A stretch of DNA of 32,000 nucleotides from Candidatus Methylomirabilis oxygeniifera. GTDB taxonomy: Bacteria; Methylomirabilota; Methylomirabilia; Methylomirabilales; Methylomirabilaceae. The stretch spans positions 240,001 to 272,000 of the forward strand of contig FP565575.1 of assembly GCA_000091165.1 (NCBI GenBank). The letters run 5' to 3'. Positions 29,296 through 32,000 of this stretch are shown here, in pieces. Under the pieces are notes generated by a model that was not told the origin of the DNA, searched no databases, and worked only from the letters and a program-made list of their open reading frames with translations. The number at the start of each line of letters is the position of its first letter. The first letter of the stretch is position 1. Both the position numbers and the translations under genes were made by a program.

Positions 29296-30759
29296 ATGAT
29301 GCAGACCCTCAAGCCCCCTCTGGTGTCGGTCGTTATCGTAAACTACAACGGCCTGCATTTTCTCGGCCCGTGCCTGACCTCTCTGGAGCGGCTTCATTAT
29401 CCGCGAGAGCGGTACGAGGTGATCCTGGTCGACAATGCCTCGAGCGACGGATCGATCCCCTATGTGCGAACGCAATTTCCGTGGGTGACGATCGTTCGGA
29501 ACGCAGCGAACCTCGGCTTTGCAGGAGGCAACAATGCGGGCATCCGGGCGGCCAAAGGCGCGTACCTTGCCCTCCTCAACAACGACACGCGGGTCGATCG
29601 GGACTGGCTCGCCGCCCTCGTCGAGGTCTGTGAGGCCGATCCGCTCGTGGGGGCCTGCACATCCAAGATCCTGCTGATGAAGGATCGGCTGCGGCTTCGT
29701 CTCGAGACCGATGCCTTCACACCAAGCGGTCTTGGCGTGTCTGCAGACTCGCGTGAGCTGGGCGTCATCGTAGAGCAGGCCGCAGTGCGCAGCGGCGATG
29801 CGGCAAGGCCGGTGGACTTCGTCGAGGGGTTCTACGGGGAGGAGCTGGTCGGGGAGCGGCGTTACCGGTGGTCGAGCGGTCGAGCGATCCTCGGTCTTCC
29901 CATCTCTCCGGACGACCGGGCGTTGAGCCTCGTACTGTCCGTCTCGAACCCCCGTCCGTCGGGTGCGCCGACCGCCCCGGTGTCCCTGTGGGTCGGTGAG
30001 GAGCGGATCGCGCAGTTCGACGCCGCGTTCGAGCCGCGGACCTATGAGGTTCCGCTTGCAGAGGCGATCCTGCGCCAGGCGCGACAGGTCATCCAGAATG
30101 CCGGTTCTCTCCTGCTCCCGGATGGTTCAGGTCGTGATCGGGGTGCCCTGGTCAGGAACGGACAGCAGAGCTTTGAAGAGAACCACGGCCAGTACGATCG
30201 GACGGAGGAGGTCTTTGCGCTGTGTGGGGCTGCGGTCCTCCTGCGGCGGACGATGCTGGACGACGTCGGGCTGCTTGATGACGAGTTCTTCATGTACTAT
30301 GAGGACACCGATCTGGCATGGCGAGCCCGGCTCAGGGGGTGGAAGATTATGTATGCCCCGGGTGCGGTGGTGCGCCACGTCCATTGTGGGTCCAGCATCG
30401 AATGGTCGCCCCTCTTTACCTTCCACGTGCTCCGCAATCGACTGGCCATGCTGCTGAAAGACGCCCCTGCCGGGATGGCGGCGAGGGAATGGAGACAATT
30501 TCTGCTTTCCCTTCTGATACAGGGAATGAAGCTCTCCGCGCATTGCGCTCGGGGCGGCGGTCGCCGGGTGACCCCCCTGTGGCAGGACGTCGGCGTGAGA
30601 GCCCGGGTCGCGCGATCGCTTATGATGTCCCTGCCAGGCCTCTACCGGAAACGCAGGACGATTCGTGGGGCGGCGCGGGTCGGGGACGAGGCGATCATGC
30701 GATGGATATGCGATCCGGACAGGACCGTATATCCATCGAGAAGTAAAAAAATCACTTGA
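29296..30759 (+). CDS. Glycosyltransferase family 2 (rhamnosyltransferase-like) with internal inserted domain
   Basis: VSVVIVNYNGLHFLGPCLTSL, ILVDNASSDGS, GFAGGNNAGIRAAKG, LLNNDTRVD; later GAAVLLRRTMLDDVGLLDDEFFMYYEDTDLAWRARLRGWKIMYAPGAVVRHVH. Confidence 0.92.
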   Translation: MMQTLKPPLVSVVIVNYNGLHFLGPCLTSLERLHYPRERYEVILVDNASSDGSIPYVRTQFPWVTIVRNAANLGFAGGNNAGIRAAKGAYLALLNNDTRVDRDWLAALVEVCEADPLVGACTSKILLMKDRLRLRLETDAFTPSGLGVSADSRELGVIVEQAAVRSGDAARPVDFVEGFYGEELVGERRYRWSSGRAILGLPISPDDRALSLVLSVSNPRPSGAPTAPVSLWVGEERIAQFDAAFEPRTYEVPLAEAILRQARQVIQNAGSLLLPDGSGRDRGALVRNGQQSFEENHGQYDRTEEVFALCGAAVLLRRTMLDDVGLLDDEFFMYYEDTDLAWRARLRGWKIMYAPGAVVRHVHCGSSIEWSPLFTFHVLRNRLAMLLKDAPAGMAAREWRQFLLSLLIQGMKLSAHCARGGGRRVTPLWQDVGVRARVARSLMMSLPGLYRKRRTIRGAARVGDEAIMRWICDPDRTVYPSRSKKIT

Positions 30760-30891
30760 CAGGTGTGAAATGCCATGATAGGAAAACGCTACTAAGAAAG
30801 TGGCGTGCAGGCTGCTGTAGGGCACTGAGACGGTATGTGCATTGGCGATGCTGCATGAGAGGCTATGGCTGCCGGGGAGAGGAGGACGAGT

Positions 30892-31791
30892 ATGATCCGT
30901 TATAAGGGCGCGAAACGGTGGTTCCTACAAGGGTGCCTTACAGCGTCTTTGCTCCTCACGGTCATGGTGCGACCGGGTACGGCGGTGATGCAGTCGGATA
31001 TCCACATCTCGGACAATGGAACCGTGTATTGGGCGCAGCGCAACGACGGTTCTTCCGGGAAGGTGCGGGTGACCACCGTCGGTCTTGGGGCCAGCACCGG
31101 CGCGATCAATACGAGCGCAGCGCTGGCGCAGGATGGGACGCTGACCGCCAGCGGAACGGTGAATCCGTTGTTTGCGCTTGGCAATGTGCGGCGGACCGGA
31201 ATCTTTGCGTGCACCATTCCGGGAACGTTCGATCCGTCCGCTAATTCAGGGAATGGATCGTGGAATGTGGGTGGATCTGTGATCAACGGCTTTAGTGATG
31301 TGCCAAACCTGACCGATCTCTCCAACAACTTGGGTGGGGTTCCATCCGCTCAAACCGGAGTGAATCAGTTCGGATTCAACACTGCCACCCCAACGACCTC
31401 TATCGCAAAGGGTGCCCCAACCCCTTCTGACGGGTTTACGCTGAACACCGGTGAATGCGTGATCTACGTCCTCAATAGTGCATCTTTGCTCACCCCGGGG
31501 ACCACGCTGACCGGTGCAGGCGCGTCTGCCGGATTCATGGATAACTTCATTACCGGGACCGTGCAGTTGACGACCGGGAAGACGGATACTGTGGCGAAGT
31601 TCCTTCCCACCACCACCACGACGACGACTACGACGACGACGACTACGACGACGACCACCACGACCACCACGACGACGACAATCCCCCCGCCGACGATTCC
31701 AACGACTGGAGAGTGGGGGATGATGATTTTCGGGGCGGCGCTGCTCGGATTTATGGCCTGGATGACCCAAGCCAGGCGGTCGATTAAGTAG
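30892..31791 (+). CDS. Secreted protein with poly-Thr linker and IPTL-CTERM-like C-terminal sorting signal
   Basis: Signal-like N-terminus (MIRYKGAKRWFLQGCLTASLLLTVMV); 24 consecutive Thr codons (31609-31680); IPTTGEWGMMIFGAALLGFMAWMTQARRSIK. ATG 30892 preferred over 30865. Confidence 0.85.
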   Translation: MIRYKGAKRWFLQGCLTASLLLTVMVRPGTAVMQSDIHISDNGTVYWAQRNDGSSGKVRVTTVGLGASTGAINTSAALAQDGTLTASGTVNPLFALGNVRRTGIFACTIPGTFDPSANSGNGSWNVGGSVINGFSDVPNLTDLSNNLGGVPSAQTGVNQFGFNTATPTTSIAKGAPTPSDGFTLNTGECVIYVLNSASLLTPGTTLTGAGASAGFMDNFITGTVQLTTGKTDTVAKFLPTTTTTTTTTTTTTTTTTTTTTTTTIPPPTIPTTGEWGMMIFGAALLGFMAWMTQARRSIK

Positions 31792-31820
31792 CCATCGCAA
31801 CGGACTATTCGATCGGTATG

Positions 31821-31849
31821 AAAAAGCGGGGCGATACGCCCCGCTTTTT
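31821..31849. terminator. Bidirectional rho-independent terminator
   Basis: AAAAAGCGGGGCG-ata-CGCCCCGCTTTTT, perfect 13-bp stem. Confidence 0.92.
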
Positions 31850-31917
31850 CTTTGTCAACCGTTCTTGATCTCCACAGTCCCATTCCGCCTATGGTAGCGT
31901 CAACCGATGAACCGGAG

Positions 31918-32000
31918 ATGGACACACGCCGTGGACGGATCGAGGTTATCAGTACCGCTGTTGTCCTCGCCCTGATCTACGGAGTACTCCTTTGGCAGTT
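31918..32000 (+). CDS. Start of a membrane-associated protein, truncated at window end
   Basis: MDTRRGRIEVISTAVVLALIYGVLLWQ..., hydrophobic segment after basic N-terminus. Confidence 0.45.
   Translation, partial: MDTRRGRIEVISTAVVLALIYGVLLWQ

Noticed and set aside
30755-30785. Promoter with TTGACA upstream of the IPTL-CTERM gene
   Set aside because: Perfect -35 hexamer but only a weak -10 (TAGGAA) at 17 nt; not enough to claim.
31246-31925. Minus-strand ORFs with poly-Val or Arg/Gly-rich tracts
   Set aside because: Reverse reading of the ACN threonine microsatellite.

Overview
GC-rich bacterial chromosome segment. It looks like a Gram-negative of the NC10/Methylomirabilis kind, but that is only an impression from style, not a database result. 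(1) 1-17970 is a dense forward-strand envelope-polysaccharide / Kdo-LPS block: glycosyltransferases, polyprenyl glycosylphosphotransferase, epimerase, RfaE/HldE-like kinase, pyrG, kdsA, msbA, WaaE-like GT2, a WaaL-like/heptosyltransferase fusion, kdsD, ArnT-like GT, kdsC, metK and an FKBP isomerase. (2) 18000-21900 is a sparsely coding, apparently decaying accessory stretch. It holds toxin-antitoxin-like genes (two with apparent 1-nt N-terminal deletions in homopolymers), a DUF5647/DUF7718-like pair, a Rex C-terminal remnant and a diverged direct repeat of about 135 bp. (3) A reverse-strand ahcY has a forward-strand remnant of a different ahcY at its 5' flank. (4) 23751-30759 is a second glycan-modification cluster, including a radical SAM-methyltransferase fusion. 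(5) An IPTL-CTERM-like secreted protein has a 24-threonine linker. The most striking non-gene signal is a set of 7-nt-phased degenerate tandem repeats in spacers of the core block, one of them in frame inside a glycosyltransferase gene. I did not find convincing evidence for a wholly new defence or mobile system.
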